The translations under genes and the position numbers were made by a program. A stretch of 64,000 nt of DNA from the NCBI GenBank assembly GCA_000004985.1, contig GG738884.1. One strand, 5' to 3'. Positions within the stretch are counted from its first letter, which is position 1. Each line of letters starts with the position of its first letter. The notes under the pieces are model-generated. The model was not told where the DNA came from, searched no databases, and was given only the letters and a program-made list of their open reading frames with translations. The stretch is from Naegleria gruberi (lineage: Eukaryota). Below, in pieces: positions 10,214 through 20,919 of the stretch.

Positions 10214-11077
10214 TTAATTCTTGTATGGATTGAAACCTTTGCCTGCTCTAGGTATTGAGCTAGCAACTATTCTAGGATTATGTTCCAAGAAGCGCATGAA
10301 ATTATGTTTATCCACATAAGCAGCTTCTGCTGTAATATCCATCAAGTGATTCCATTTCTTTCCTTTGATTCCAACAAAGATATAGTCACCCTTTCTCTTC
10401 AAATGTTTCATTGAGTTTTCTGATACTTTGCTAGCAACATCCTCAGTCAAAAAGAGATTATATTTCAAATTTTCCATGGAGTTTTGTGGAATATTAATGT
10501 GATCTACTGGGACTATAGTATCCTTATAATTTCCCCATCCAAATTTAGCTGTAACAATTCTGAGAGTTTTCTCATCAATAAGTCCAAATTCCAAAATATT
10601 ATGTCTTGCATAATAAGCAATACCAGCAATAACACCAACAGCTGCCAATCCATATCCAAGTCCAATCAATATTTTAGTTGTCAATGATGCTTCCTCTTTG
10701 TTGCCATGTTCATCAAGTTTTACCATAGTCATTGTAAAATAGGCCAATAATGAAAGCGTTACAGCATTAATCATTGAAGCAATAAAGGCAAACTTGAAAA
10801 ACCTAGCCTTTGGATTACGATAAAGAAGAATATAATTATTAGGCACTGGCTCTTGATTTTTAGGAGGTGTTATAAGTGATTTTACATCTACAGTACTATC
10901 ATCAGCTTTGGTTTGTTGTTGATGTTGAATAATTGGCACTTTGCTATTTAATTGAGTACTAATATGAAAACTTCTAGTAACACCATTCCGAGCAAGAATT
11001 AATAATGTTGATGATGGCGATGATGAAATTGTATGTGTCTTTCTCAAAGAAGAACCCGATGAAAGCAATCTTTGCAT
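10214..11077 (-). CDS. Membrane protein with two predicted TM helices and an N-terminal mitochondrial-presequence-like region.
   Basis: ORF of 287 aa. MQRLLSSGSSLRKTHT is basic and hydroxylated. TM helices are FIASMINAVTLSLLAYF and ILIGLGYGLAAVGVIAGIAYY. No family was assigned. Confidence 0.4.
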   Translation of the reverse strand: MQRLLSSGSSLRKTHTISSSPSSTLLILARNGVTRSFHISTQLNSKVPIIQHQQQTKADDSTVDVKSLITPPKNQEPVPNNYILLYRNPKARFFKFAFIASMINAVTLSLLAYFTMTMVKLDEHGNKEEASLTTKILIGLGYGLAAVGVIAGIAYYARHNILEFGLIDEKTLRIVTAKFGWGNYKDTIVPVDHINIPQNSMENLKYNLFLTEDVASKVSENSMKHLKRKGDYIFVGIKGKKWNHLMDITAEAAYVDKHNFMRFLEHNPRIVASSIPRAGKGFNPYKN

Positions 11078-11284
11078 TTTTTTCTAAAGGTGGCGCTAAT
11101 AACTAGAATTACTTTATTAGTTTTTCAATATTAAAAAAGTGCAGCGTACGGTCTGTCAGCTGACTCGATATAAAAACTCGATTTTGCCAACATGAACATT
11201 TAAAATTCATATTAAATTGATGCAAAATAATATTATGTTTTTTCCTAATTAAATTTGATATTATCAAAATTGATAAGTTAGTTG

Positions 11285-11558
11285 TTACTTTTTCAATTTT
11301 TGAGCCTCCGATTTAATTTCTTTTACACAAGCTGCTAGAGCTTCAGGGTTAATTCCCATCTCACATAGATTCATAATGATGGCTAAACTCTCCCGATCAA
11401 GTCCTGCTCCTAAAATATTACTCATTTCGTGAGCAACTATGAATTCATAGTGAACACTATACATTTCAATTATAAAACCTACTTTCCAAAGTTTCTTGTG
11501 TTTCCTTGATGAGATTTTCCGAAGATGATGAAGATCCTAGGGAGTTATTTGAAGACAT
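11285..11558 (-). CDS. MZT1: MOZART1 (MZT1) mitotic-spindle organizing protein / gamma-tubulin complex microprotein. Two exons: ~11483..11558 and 11285..11436.
   Basis: Not in the ORF track. Exon 2 encodes (I)AHEMSNILGAGLDRESLAIIMNLCEMGINPEALAACVKEIKSEAQKLKK*, compared with human MZT1 [39 protein letters not shown]. A 45-nt GTAGGT...CATAG intron links it to ...ENLIKETQETLE. The ATG at 11558 is out of frame by one relative to the spliced frame. Confidence 0.5.
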
Positions 11559-11570
11559 TTTTTGTTGTAT

Positions 11571-13017
11571 TTATTGATTCTGGTTTTTTATTTTCTTTTG
11601 GAGGGAAGTTAGTTTTCTCCTCAACAGTAACACATCATTGTTGAAACCTTCAATATCAAGAGTTCTTCGTTTTGCCAACTCTTTGTATTTCTTGTGGAGT
11701 TTTTGCATTTTCATTTCCATCTTTTTAGTTTTGAGATTGTACTCCTCCTTTTTGGCAGCCAATTGATCTTGTAAATGCATGATATCATTCTCTTTCATGA
11801 TGGTTTGCTCTCTGAAATATTTGGCATATTCTTCAGTTTGTTCTCTCGCATTACTAATGAGAAGATGGGCTTCTTCTTGAGATCTCTCCTTCAGTTTGTC
11901 AATTTGTTTTCTAAGGAAAATATTCTCTTGTTTGAGTTTTTCAATATTTTCTCCTTGTTTTCTGATTTCAGTTTTGAGATTGTGGGTTGTGACGAAATAT
12001 TCTCTATTACTGATATTGAGTTTTTTGTGACAATCTTCATAATCTCTTTGTAATTTGAGAATTGTTGCTTTATCACGCTCTCTTCTCTTTTCTTCCTCTT
12101 CAATCATTATCATTCGTTCCTTCATAAGGGATTCTTCCTTTTCCCTTGAGAGTTTGAGATGTTCATCGAGTTTAGCTTGTAAAGATTCCACTTGTAGTAA
12201 TAATGTGTCTGTTTTTTCATTTGGAATAATAATTGTTCTCAAAATTCTTGAAGGTTGTTGCTGTTGAGCAAAGTTAGTATTTGTACAGACTTTAGGTTTA
12301 ACTTGTTGATATTTAGTATTGTTTGCGGCTCTGTTGTCGCTTGAGCTTTTAATGTATTCTTCTATACAGGTTTCCTTATTAGAATAATTTTGTATATTTT
12401 CTTTTTTCGATTCGTTATTATTGACCTTACTGGTCTTTGTATTGAGGACATATTTTGTTATTTGGTCTGGACGACAATCTTTAAAATAGGTCACTTCCTG
12501 CGTCACTGGTTGTGTGAGTGCAAGCAAGTCTCTTATTTTCTTTCTGTCCTCCATTTCTTGAACTGTTGAAAAGGTTGATGATTAATTTCATTCAGAATAC
12601 ACTTACTTTTGAGAGCATCATTTTGATGTTGCAAATGCATTGAATGTTCTCTTTCGTCGAAGATATGAAGTTGTGCACCGGAGAGAGCCCTCCTAAGAGC
12701 ATCAATTTCATCTTCTCTCCTTCTCAGTTCCCACTCTTGATCGTGAAACTTTTGATATTGTATTTGTATATCGTTCATCTTTCGACACATGTCCTCCCGT
12801 TCCTTCTCCATTTCAGCTGAATAACAAAGAATATATTAAGAATGTGTATTTGTGAATACGTACCCACTTTCTTTTTATAAAAATCCATCGTGTTATCAAT
12901 GGCAGGATCTACTGGTTGTGTTCCTAACATCATTAAGGTTGCTTGATTGTTCAAATTCATCACTTGAGAAGAGGAAATTCCCTGTGGTGATGATGAAGGC
13001 GGGTTTCCTTGACTCAT
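11571..13017 (-). CDS. Coiled-coil protein of about 450 aa. Three exons: 12864..13017, 12607..12816, 11571..12562.
   Basis: Introns are 47 nt (GTACGT...TTATTCAG) and 44 nt (GTAAGT...CAACAG). Heptad-rich sequence runs throughout (EKEREDMCRKMNDIQIQYQKFHDQEWELRRREDEIDALRR... LQAKLDEHLKLSREKEES...). Confidence 0.5.
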
Positions 13018-13055
13018 TTTTTATTCTAAAATCATTTGAAAGGGTTTGTACATAG

Positions 13056-13110
13056 GGCGCCAAATTTTGGAGGGAAATACTTGTCCATGTAGTGCATGTG
13101 GCGCCAATTT
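13056..13110. promoter_or_regulatory. Pair of GGCGCC-core E2F-like motifs about 45 bp apart in a bidirectional promoter.
   Basis: Motifs are GGCGCCAAA (13056..13064) and TGGCGCCAATTT (13099..13110). They sit between divergent genes starting at 13017 (minus) and 13096/13114 (plus). Confidence 0.35.
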
Positions 13111-14861
13111 CCAATGAATAAGAAAGAAAAAAATATGAGAAAAAGCTCCTCTCCGTATCAAGTATCACCAACCAATAATGCAAAACGTAATTCTAGGACA
13201 AGTACAGCCTCAACCCTAACAGGCACTTTCACTTCACTTCTCAAATTTATGGAAAGGGTAATGGTGGGGTTTTGTATAAGGCAAAACCAACTCCACAAAA
13301 GAAGAAGGAATGGGATGTAAGTGAATTGATTCAAAAATTGTTCATCAATGATGAGGATAGAATACAATACACGACTTGAAAGTTTATAAATTAACTAAAG
13401 AAGAACTGGAAGCAAAGAAGAGAGCGAGAATCTCTAAAAATCAAGAATTTTATAGAGTTGACACTCCGACTAATGAAAGACCTTGTTCTGCACCTCCTTC
13501 AAGACCTAAGAAAACTCCAATCAAAGAACAACCAACTGTTTCACCTAAAACTCCAAAGAGCATGCCAACTCCAACAAAAAATACTTTCAAATCAAATACA
13601 AAGAAAACCACTAGTACCACCCCTAAGAAAACATTTACTCCTCAATCAGCAGCTAAGATTGCCAGCAATATTGACCTGGACAGTACACAATTCTTGTCTC
13701 CACTCAAATTGAAACCCCCACCCCAATTAGATTTACTTCCTCTCACCTCACGCATTCTTCAACAAGAGATTTCAGAAACTTCAAGCGAAAGTGAGAAGGA
13801 TAAGAGTTTGAATATAAGCGAAGAATTCTTCCAAGAAGATGATTATCATAGATTTGGTGAGTGGAGTAGCAATATTCAACAAAATTCAGCAGATCCATTC
13901 AAAGTGCCAATTGGAGCATCTGACAATGTTCGAGGAAATGAACTTGATTTAATTAAGAACGAGCTTAGTGAACTCAGAAGCAATATGATAAAACTTGATC
14001 CAAATGCAAGAATAGTCGAGAAAAAACTTGAGGAAAGAAAGCAAAGAGAATTTGAATTAGAGGAAAAATCAATGATGTTACAACACGAGTTGGATATTTC
14101 CAGACAATCCTATGCAGAACTGGAAGAACGATTCTCAAAATACAGAGAAGATACAGAGGATAGAGAAATGACTATGCTTCAAAAAATAGAAGAACTTACA
14201 CAATTGCTTATGCAACAAGCAAAAGGCATGTACCCTGGAAAGGAATAGTATGAGTATGAATAATCTAAATGATATGGGGAGTTTTAACTATCTCGTGGAT
14301 AATCAGCACTCTGTGTACAGCAACAGCTATTCAAATGACGAACAGTATGGTGAAGATGAAACTGAGCACAATATCACACCAACAAATTCCACTCCTTCGA
14401 AACCATCCCCTCAAACAGACTTTATCATCAATGGAAGGCCTGTACTGAAAAATATCGCCTCTGAACAAGACATTGCTAGATCACCAACAAGGAATCAATC
14501 TCATTTCCCACAACCTATAATGAGATTTGAAACTAATCCTTTACTTGCAAAGGTAACTCCCTCAAAAACAAGAGTTCCATATAGTGAGGAAAATAAGGAA
14601 AACATGATGACAGAATATTCAGAGAAATTGAGTGATGATGTTTCTCCATTTGCAACTTATAGATATCCAGTCGACGATCAAGATGGAGCTATTGAAATTC
14701 ATAGACCTTTAATTGTAGGAAGAGACTTTTCAAATACAATCCAAAACAATACCGTGGTAACAAAACAACATAAGGATTTCTCTCCTCCAAATTCAGGAAG
14801 AGGACTTATGTTGCCTCCTCAATCCAAAGTTAGAAAGTTTAATATTCGAGAAAAACACTAA
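13096..14861 (+). CDS. S/T/P-rich nuclear-type protein with a C-terminal coiled coil. Probable exons: 13096..13257, 13361..14247, 14321..14861.
   Basis: ORF 13376..14248 and ORF 14250..14861 are separated by a TAG. They can be joined by a 73-nt intron (GTATGA...CTCTGTGTACAG) that keeps SNSYSNDEQYGEDETE in frame. The first exon is linked through a 103-nt GTAATG...GATAG intron, which is the weakest part of the model. Confidence 0.4.
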
Positions 14862-14982
14862 TAAACTAATAGAAAATACTCTTTACTCAATCTTGAGGCT
14901 TATTCAGGAAATTAGGTTTTTTGTGCGATAATTGTAAAACTAAAATATTGAACGATTTTTAATTAAAAAAAAATGCAATAAC

Positions 14983-17421
14983 ATGTCGGGATTGAATTTT
15001 GTCAAGTCAAACAAGGAAATCGATTCAATGATGTTATCACCAACAAGTGGAAAAATAAAAGATGAAAAGAAAGTAGATAATAATTTGGGAAATATTTCTA
15101 TGGACACACCTATGGATTCGGCCATTCTTCCTTCATCATCTAATGTTGATTCGGAAAGGAGAGTATTTTCAACACCTCCTCCTCATCCAGTTGCTGCCCA
15201 ACATTATTATAGAAAATTATTTTCCGATCAACAGGAACCAATAAGAAACGAAGAACAATTGAATGATAATAGTCATCCTAATAATAACAATTTTAAAAGC
15301 AATAATGCAATTTATCCGTCATCATTATCTGGAGCTGCTGGATTTATTACACCATATGCTCAACCAATTTATACGATGATGGCACCACAAGCATTCCAAC
15401 CATATCCAGCCTCTTATCAACCTACTACTTCTGTTCAACCCACTATTTCTTCAATAGTTACAGATTCTTTGCTATCCTTGATTAAATACTTGATTTTCTT
15501 CCTTCTCTCATTGGGTATTTTCAAGGTAGGAAAGAGATGGATTCTTTCTCTTTTGAAAAACTATAGAATTATTGAGAGAGTACCCTCAAGAAAGGAATCA
15601 GAGCTTGTGGTAAAACCAGAAATTAAACTAGAAAAAAGAGAAGAGGAAGAATATTCAAATATTAACGAATCAGAACCAAGAGAACAACAGCAACAACAAA
15701 GGGAGAATGTAAAACCAACAAGTGGAGAATCTACAAATCCTAGTTTGGATTTTAATAGTATGATGTTTTTACAAAGAGAAATATTTGATTTAAAATTATC
15801 TTTAAATGAAATGAAAACTAAAATGGGAGAAATGAATAATCAGGCCATTTCCAATACGTTATTAAAACAAATGGAATTGCAACAGGAACAACAAAAGATG
15901 ATCCTCTCCCAAACACTCTCCAAAAATGACAAATCAACCTCTTCTGATGAGCTTCACCGTGAACTTAATAATTTGAGAAATGATTTATCTCAAATGAAAG
16001 GAATGATGATGGTCAATCATCAACCTTACACTGTAGCTCCACCAATTATTCACAGAGAGCCAGTCCAATACTATCCAAAATATAGTACTCAATCAGTTTC
16101 CCCAGCTACCAGCTCTAGCTCCAACGAGAACAAGCTTATTGAACACAATTTGACAAGTAGTATCAAGACAAGCTCACCACCTACTAGAAAAGAAGGAAAA
16201 GCCCCTTCACCTGTAAATTACCTTAATTCTTACAGCACAACTGACCCAACAAATTATGAATCAGGTATTTCCAAACGTTCTCAACCTTCTATTGAGATGC
16301 CACAGCAACCTACAGAAGAAAAAACCAACTCAGCTCAAGAAGCAACACAAGAACATGTTGAATCAAAAACAACACCGACCAATGAGGAAAAGACTGATGA
16401 ATCACAATTTGAATATGGGCAAAAATTCGAACCAATCACAGAGGAAGAATATGATCAAGTTTATGGTGAATATCTGAATTCTCTAGGTAAACGATTCGAA
16501 GATCAAGTAAATTTCCATACACACGCCGAACCTACACCCTCTGAAACTAAAACTGAGAATGCTACTGTTGAGGAAACCATCCCAGTTCAAGAAAGCAACC
16601 CTGTAGCTCAAAATAATGAGAACAATTCACTTGAAACTGAAACTCCAATGACAAGTAATATCACCACAAGCAAACCATTCGATGAGGTTGACGTATTCAA
16701 TATTTTGAAAACACCAACACTATCATTCGATGAATTATTTGTCAAGGCCTCTCCAAAGCAACCTGAAGCATCCTCTGTTTTCAATGATGTAACTTCTCCA
16801 TCAGTATCTATTGAGAATAATAATGCTGTTACTGAAAGCTCACCATCATTTGTAACACCTCAGGCTAGTTCTTCAATTCAGGAGGCTGCCAGAGAGTTGA
16901 GAAAAACTCAACTCACTGCCAAACAAAAGAAATCCAAGATATTTGGTGTATTGTTAGCCCCTGAAAAGAAGACAAAGAAAAAAAGACCAGCCAAAACAAC
17001 TACACCTGAAACCCAAGAAGCGCCAAAGGAGTCAACTCCAAACACAATTTCTATTGAAACTAGCATATTGTCAGAGAGTGAAAAATCAATTGAAAATTCA
17101 CCTGAAGCGGTACTACCAGTCAACAATTTCGCTCCAGAAATTCCAATCAGCATGAACACTCTCTCCAATCCAATTATTGATCCTCCTTCAACAGAATCTT
17201 TTGAAAAGTTTGAAACGTATAATTTTGAAAATGATGAAAGGTTCCAAAGAATGTTAAGTCTCACAGCTGACGACGAAGATTGCCCAATCAATAAGGATGA
17301 TCCAAACTTTTTATTAATGCAAAAAGGAATATATTTTAAACAATTGTTAGGAAATGATGACTTTGATTTAGAGGCCTACATGAAGGTAAAAGGAATTGAA
17401 ACCAATCAACAGAATAATTGA
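14983..17421 (+). CDS. Single-pass membrane protein of 812 aa. It has a TM segment, a coiled-coil segment and a long acidic S/T/P/E-rich disordered tail.
   Basis: Real ATG at 14983. TM is LLSLIKYLIFFLLSLGIF. A coiled-coil region follows (LKLSLNEMKTKMGEMNNQAISNTLLKQMELQQEQQKM) and the C-terminal third is low-complexity. Confidence 0.45.
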   Translation: MSGLNFVKSNKEIDSMMLSPTSGKIKDEKKVDNNLGNISMDTPMDSAILPSSSNVDSERRVFSTPPPHPVAAQHYYRKLFSDQQEPIRNEEQLNDNSHPNNNNFKSNNAIYPSSLSGAAGFITPYAQPIYTMMAPQAFQPYPASYQPTTSVQPTISSIVTDSLLSLIKYLIFFLLSLGIFKVGKRWILSLLKNYRIIERVPSRKESELVVKPEIKLEKREEEEYSNINESEPREQQQQQRENVKPTSGESTNPSLDFNSMMFLQREIFDLKLSLNEMKTKMGEMNNQAISNTLLKQMELQQEQQKMILSQTLSKNDKSTSSDELHRELNNLRNDLSQMKGMMMVNHQPYTVAPPIIHREPVQYYPKYSTQSVSPATSSSSNENKLIEHNLTSSIKTSSPPTRKEGKAPSPVNYLNSYSTTDPTNYESGISKRSQPSIEMPQQPTEEKTNSAQEATQEHVESKTTPTNEEKTDESQFEYGQKFEPITEEEYDQVYGEYLNSLGKRFEDQVNFHTHAEPTPSETKTENATVEETIPVQESNPVAQNNENNSLETETPMTSNITTSKPFDEVDVFNILKTPTLSFDELFVKASPKQPEASSVFNDVTSPSVSIENNNAVTESSPSFVTPQASSSIQEAARELRKTQLTAKQKKSKIFGVLLAPEKKTKKKRPAKTTTPETQEAPKESTPNTISIETSILSESEKSIENSPEAVLPVNNFAPEIPISMNTLSNPIIDPPSTESFEKFETYNFENDERFQRMLSLTADDEDCPINKDDPNFLLMQKGIYFKQLLGNDDFDLEAYMKVKGIETNQQNN

Positions 17422-17445
17422 TGATTTACATTTCAGGAACATTAA

Positions 17446-18486
17446 TTAATGAATATTGTGTTTATCTGTGACACTGAGTCTATCACAATAGAAAGGAAAA
17501 ACAACAAAGATCTGATTTTTCTCATTATATGCTATCCTTCCATTTTTTGATTCATATACTTGTGGAATTGTTAATCCAAAAAGTTCTAAATAAAGCTCTG
17601 AAATCTCCTGTTCTAAATTAACCTCTTCCATCTTTTTTGAAATACCTCCCACAACCAATGTTTTGCTTATAGTGGATGATGCTGAAACATTTGGACCAGT
17701 GAGACCTGGCCAAATTTGAATGTGTGTCTCCATAGAAATAAGCTGTTCTACCTCGGTTATCGTATCATCATCATGCTTGTCGAAAGTTGAAGAACGATGA
17801 TAAATTAAAGCTTGGCTTTCATATTTGGTTTTGAGAGATTTAAACGAATCTAGGTAATGTAGGAGAAATTCACCATCTGAAATAGATTCCAAAAATGTTG
17901 AGTTTTTGTATTTGGGTGGATAAAGGGTTCTCAATTTTCTGATTGAAACCCTTTTCAAGTCTCTGTGACTTGTTTTCCAGTTAGCTTTGGAATAGTCTAT
18001 TAAATAGTGAAATATTTCATGTTTGAATTTCTCCTTGATATCATTATATGCAACCCTAAATAAATTGTGCAAAAGTAAACACGGCATCCATTTAACAATT
18101 TCTATATATTTATGTTCTCTTGTTGATTGTTCCAATTGGTTATTGACTCTTACTAATGTATCCGATCTAAATCCAACTCGTGAAAATGTGTTATTATAAA
18201 ATTCCTGCAAAACTTTCCTAAATTTTACACTTTTAAATCCTGATCCCCAGTTGAATCCATCAAAATATTCCTTTTCCAATATAAAACCATCACAAAATCT
18301 GGATGCCAACCTGAAAACAGCATTTCCGAAAACACATCTATCCGTATTGACTTGTTGTAATTGTTCATGGAAAAATCTATTCGATAATTCCAACAAATAA
18401 ATTGAAGGGATTTCCAAATAGGAGAGTATACAATTACATAAATCCTCATTATCGGTAAACAGAGAGAACAAGCTTTCTTCTGCCAT
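17446..18486 (-). CDS. F-box-like protein of 346 aa.
   Basis: N-terminal LCNCILSYLEIPSIYLLELSNRFFHEQL resembles an F-box. The remainder is of unknown function. Confidence 0.4.
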   Translation of the reverse strand: MAEESLFSLFTDNEDLCNCILSYLEIPSIYLLELSNRFFHEQLQQVNTDRCVFGNAVFRLASRFCDGFILEKEYFDGFNWGSGFKSVKFRKVLQEFYNNTFSRVGFRSDTLVRVNNQLEQSTREHKYIEIVKWMPCLLLHNLFRVAYNDIKEKFKHEIFHYLIDYSKANWKTSHRDLKRVSIRKLRTLYPPKYKNSTFLESISDGEFLLHYLDSFKSLKTKYESQALIYHRSSTFDKHDDDTITEVEQLISMETHIQIWPGLTGPNVSASSTISKTLVVGGISKKMEEVNLEQEISELYLELFGLTIPQVYESKNGRIAYNEKNQIFVVFPFYCDRLSVTDKHNIH

Positions 18487-18571
18487 TTTTTTAAATAATT
18501 AATTGATCATTGTTTAATCTATTAATATATTTAATATGATCCAACACTCATTGTAACAAATTTCATTACAA

Positions 18572-18970
18572 TTATTGCTTTGAGTGTGCCAGCAATGCAT
18601 CAACCCAAGAACACAACTTTTCTGCAACCATTGAAATATTGCCATAACTATTCTCCAAAATTCCTTGATGATTATTTACAAAAATTGTGGCCTTCTCTAA
18701 GGTTTCCTTAGATACAGACTCGATAGCAACAATTCTCGATCTAATATCCACACTTCCAGTAAGTTCTCTCATTATGTCTTTCCAATCATATAAACCCTCC
18801 TCTTCAGTGGCTATGTTCTTTTTACTCTCCAACAAGATCATCACAAGGGAAAACATGATTGGCAATTTTGCTGGAGGTCTGCAGAATGACATCATTTCAT
18901 TAAATCCGTGTCTCTCAAGTTTTTGAACATTGGAGCGTGCTTGATCTAATCTTTCCCTTGTTGAAGACAT
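18572..18970 (-). CDS. Small protein of 132 aa resembling the dynein heavy-chain stalk-tip microtubule-binding domain (MTBD); paralogue A.
   Basis: FNEMMSFCRPPAKLPIMFSLVMILLESKK...DWKDIMRELT...ETLEKATIFVNNH...SYGNISMVAEKLCSWVDALLAH matches the dynein MTBD consensus (L..LKNPPE.VKLVMEAVCILLG..DWK.AKKLL....TLKK...Y..P.F.PEKV.KVS.AAAGLCKWV.AM). Confidence 0.5.
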   Translation of the reverse strand: MSSTRERLDQARSNVQKLERHGFNEMMSFCRPPAKLPIMFSLVMILLESKKNIATEEEGLYDWKDIMRELTGSVDIRSRIVAIESVSKETLEKATIFVNNHQGILENSYGNISMVAEKLCSWVDALLAHSKQ

Positions 18971-19209
18971 TTTTTTAAAATTGAAACTTTAAGGTTTTGA
19001 GAGATTGAAAAAAACTGTAGAAATACTCATTAACAAAGTTCATCAGTAAAGAATTAATTGTAGTGGATATAAGATAAGGAAATAGTATATGAATGGAATG
19101 CAGATACCTTCAAGTGATGTAGATGAAAGGTTTAGAGTATACTCTAAAGTAAACTGTCTTTGTTTGTGAATATTCCAAATGCATCTAATCGACATAAAGT
19201 GTTGTTGGC

Positions 19210-19641
19210 TCAATTTTGAGTTGATTCTACATGATTAATCAAAGCGAGTGACCACGAAACCAATAAATAGGCAATGGATAAAGAGCATTTTCCCAAAGAA
19301 TTTTCATTAAAAGCATCTGGATGACGATTAATAAAGATTTTTGCCTTATCAAGAGTGTCTTTGGAGATTGTGTCCATCTTTGTTATCGAATCAATAAGAT
19401 CAGAATTATTCAATCTCTTAACAATTTCCAACCATTCATAAATTTGATCATTAGGAAGTGACTCCTTCCTTGGTTGTGTTTCGAGAAGAATGAGCACCAA
19501 ACTTAACATTTCAATAAGCTTTGTAGGAGGACATTTAAAAGCCATCAATTCCGAAAAATCACTTCTTCTGCACTGAGATTTAATTGAGGCTCGTGCCTGT
19601 TCAAGTTTTTCAAATGATGTTGATGAAGATGAAAGTGACAT
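19210..19641 (-). CDS. Small protein of 143 aa resembling the dynein heavy-chain MTBD; paralogue B of the previous gene.
   Basis: FSELMAFKCPPTKLIEMLSLVLILLETQPRKESLPNDQIYEWLEIVKRLNN...DTLDKAKIFINRHPDAFNEN...SLSIAYLLVSWSLALINHVE shows the same pattern. It lies in tandem, about 240 bp downstream of paralogue A. Confidence 0.5.
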   Translation of the reverse strand: MSLSSSSTSFEKLEQARASIKSQCRRSDFSELMAFKCPPTKLIEMLSLVLILLETQPRKESLPNDQIYEWLEIVKRLNNSDLIDSITKMDTISKDTLDKAKIFINRHPDAFNENSLGKCSLSIAYLLVSWSLALINHVESTQN

Positions 19642-20073
19642 TTTTTTCTTGTTCTTTTTATGAACCTAAAACTACAGTGGCCCTTGAGTCTCAAACTCAT
19701 CAAATATGAACTCTGGTTGTATTTTTCTATTAATTTAGGTTGACATTCAATAATATACGACTTTACAATCTCAATTCGATTTAGCTCATGCTCTGATAGT
19801 ACAACCGAGATTGAGTGATTAATGCTCACTTCCATCCATCATTTGTGCATGCTCTTTTAATACGCACGCATTTATTGTTTTTTATTGCTGTACACGCTTG
19901 AGCGGCATAATCAAAAAACAAGAATCAAAAAAAAAGGCGTATTTGCTACCTCTGCCACATCCAAACCCATCATCACATTCCGTTCCTTGTGTGTTGTTGA
20001 CTAATTATTTATTGTCTCCCATTGTGTTACCTCTTCTTCTTTCACTCACTTACCATAATTGAAATACTTTTCA

Positions 20074-20919
20074 ATGTCATCAGTAACTAGCAATACTTCC
20101 ACAAGTACCTCTACCAACGCTACTAATAGTAGAGAATCATCAAGAATCATAAAGGCCAAGAATTTGAGTCAACATGAAGCCTTGTTAGAAACAGAAGAAC
20201 ATTATGAAACCTTCTTGGATGCTAGCAAGGACAGTAAATTGCACTCAGATAAAGTATGGATAAAGCCTGACCCAAGCATTTTCAAGTCGGAAAATGTAAA
20301 GAATCTTGTTGAACAATTCCAACAACAGCATCAATCGTCAGATGACGAATATTCATTAACTCTCCAATTATTCCCTGATACCACCACCTGTCCTAATTCT
20401 CATGATGATTTAGTCTTGTCAGCTGTTATTCACACTCTCCAAGAATTGAAAAGATCCCACGTTGACCTTTTACTCATCAAAGTTTCCAATTCAAAGCATT
20501 TGTTGAAATATTGGGCCGATATGGAATTACTTGTTGAAAATAACCTTGTCAAACAAATTGGTATTTGTGATATTGAAGTTAATGATCTCGAGCACTTGGT
20601 ATCACAAGTTAAAATTATGCCAAATGTTGTTCAAGTCAACCTTGCCTCCTATGAATCCATTGAATCTATTAGTGAATTATCACAATATTGTACAGGACAT
20701 TCAATTAAGGTTTTAACTGGTTCCAGAGGCTCATTCTCTGATTTTGCAAATGCTGGCGCTAAAGCCGCAGGTTCAAAAGATATTCAATTGAATTGGGTTG
20801 TCAGATATTCCCTCCTCTCTAGACCAACATCAGTAGTCTCAGATATGGGATTCCTGGTCAAATTGGATGGAACTGAAAAATGTACATGCATTTCAAATCA
20901 AGACCAAAATTCTCTGTAA
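20074..20919 (+). CDS. GCLM: Glutamate-cysteine ligase regulatory (modifier) subunit, AKR-like.
   Basis: KHLLKYWADMELLVENNLVKQIGICDIEVNDLEHL and MPNVVQVNLASYESIESISELSQYCTGHSIKVLTGS...WVVRYSLLSR align with human GCLM (LEHLQPYWEELENLVQSKKIVAIGTSDLDKTQLEQL...KPNSNQVNLASCC...LLTHNDP...WLLRYSVIVKSRG). The real ATG is at 20074. Confidence 0.6.
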   Translation: MSSVTSNTSTSTSTNATNSRESSRIIKAKNLSQHEALLETEEHYETFLDASKDSKLHSDKVWIKPDPSIFKSENVKNLVEQFQQQHQSSDDEYSLTLQLFPDTTTCPNSHDDLVLSAVIHTLQELKRSHVDLLLIKVSNSKHLLKYWADMELLVENNLVKQIGICDIEVNDLEHLVSQVKIMPNVVQVNLASYESIESISELSQYCTGHSIKVLTGSRGSFSDFANAGAKAAGSKDIQLNWVVRYSLLSRPTSVVSDMGFLVKLDGTEKCTCISNQDQNSL

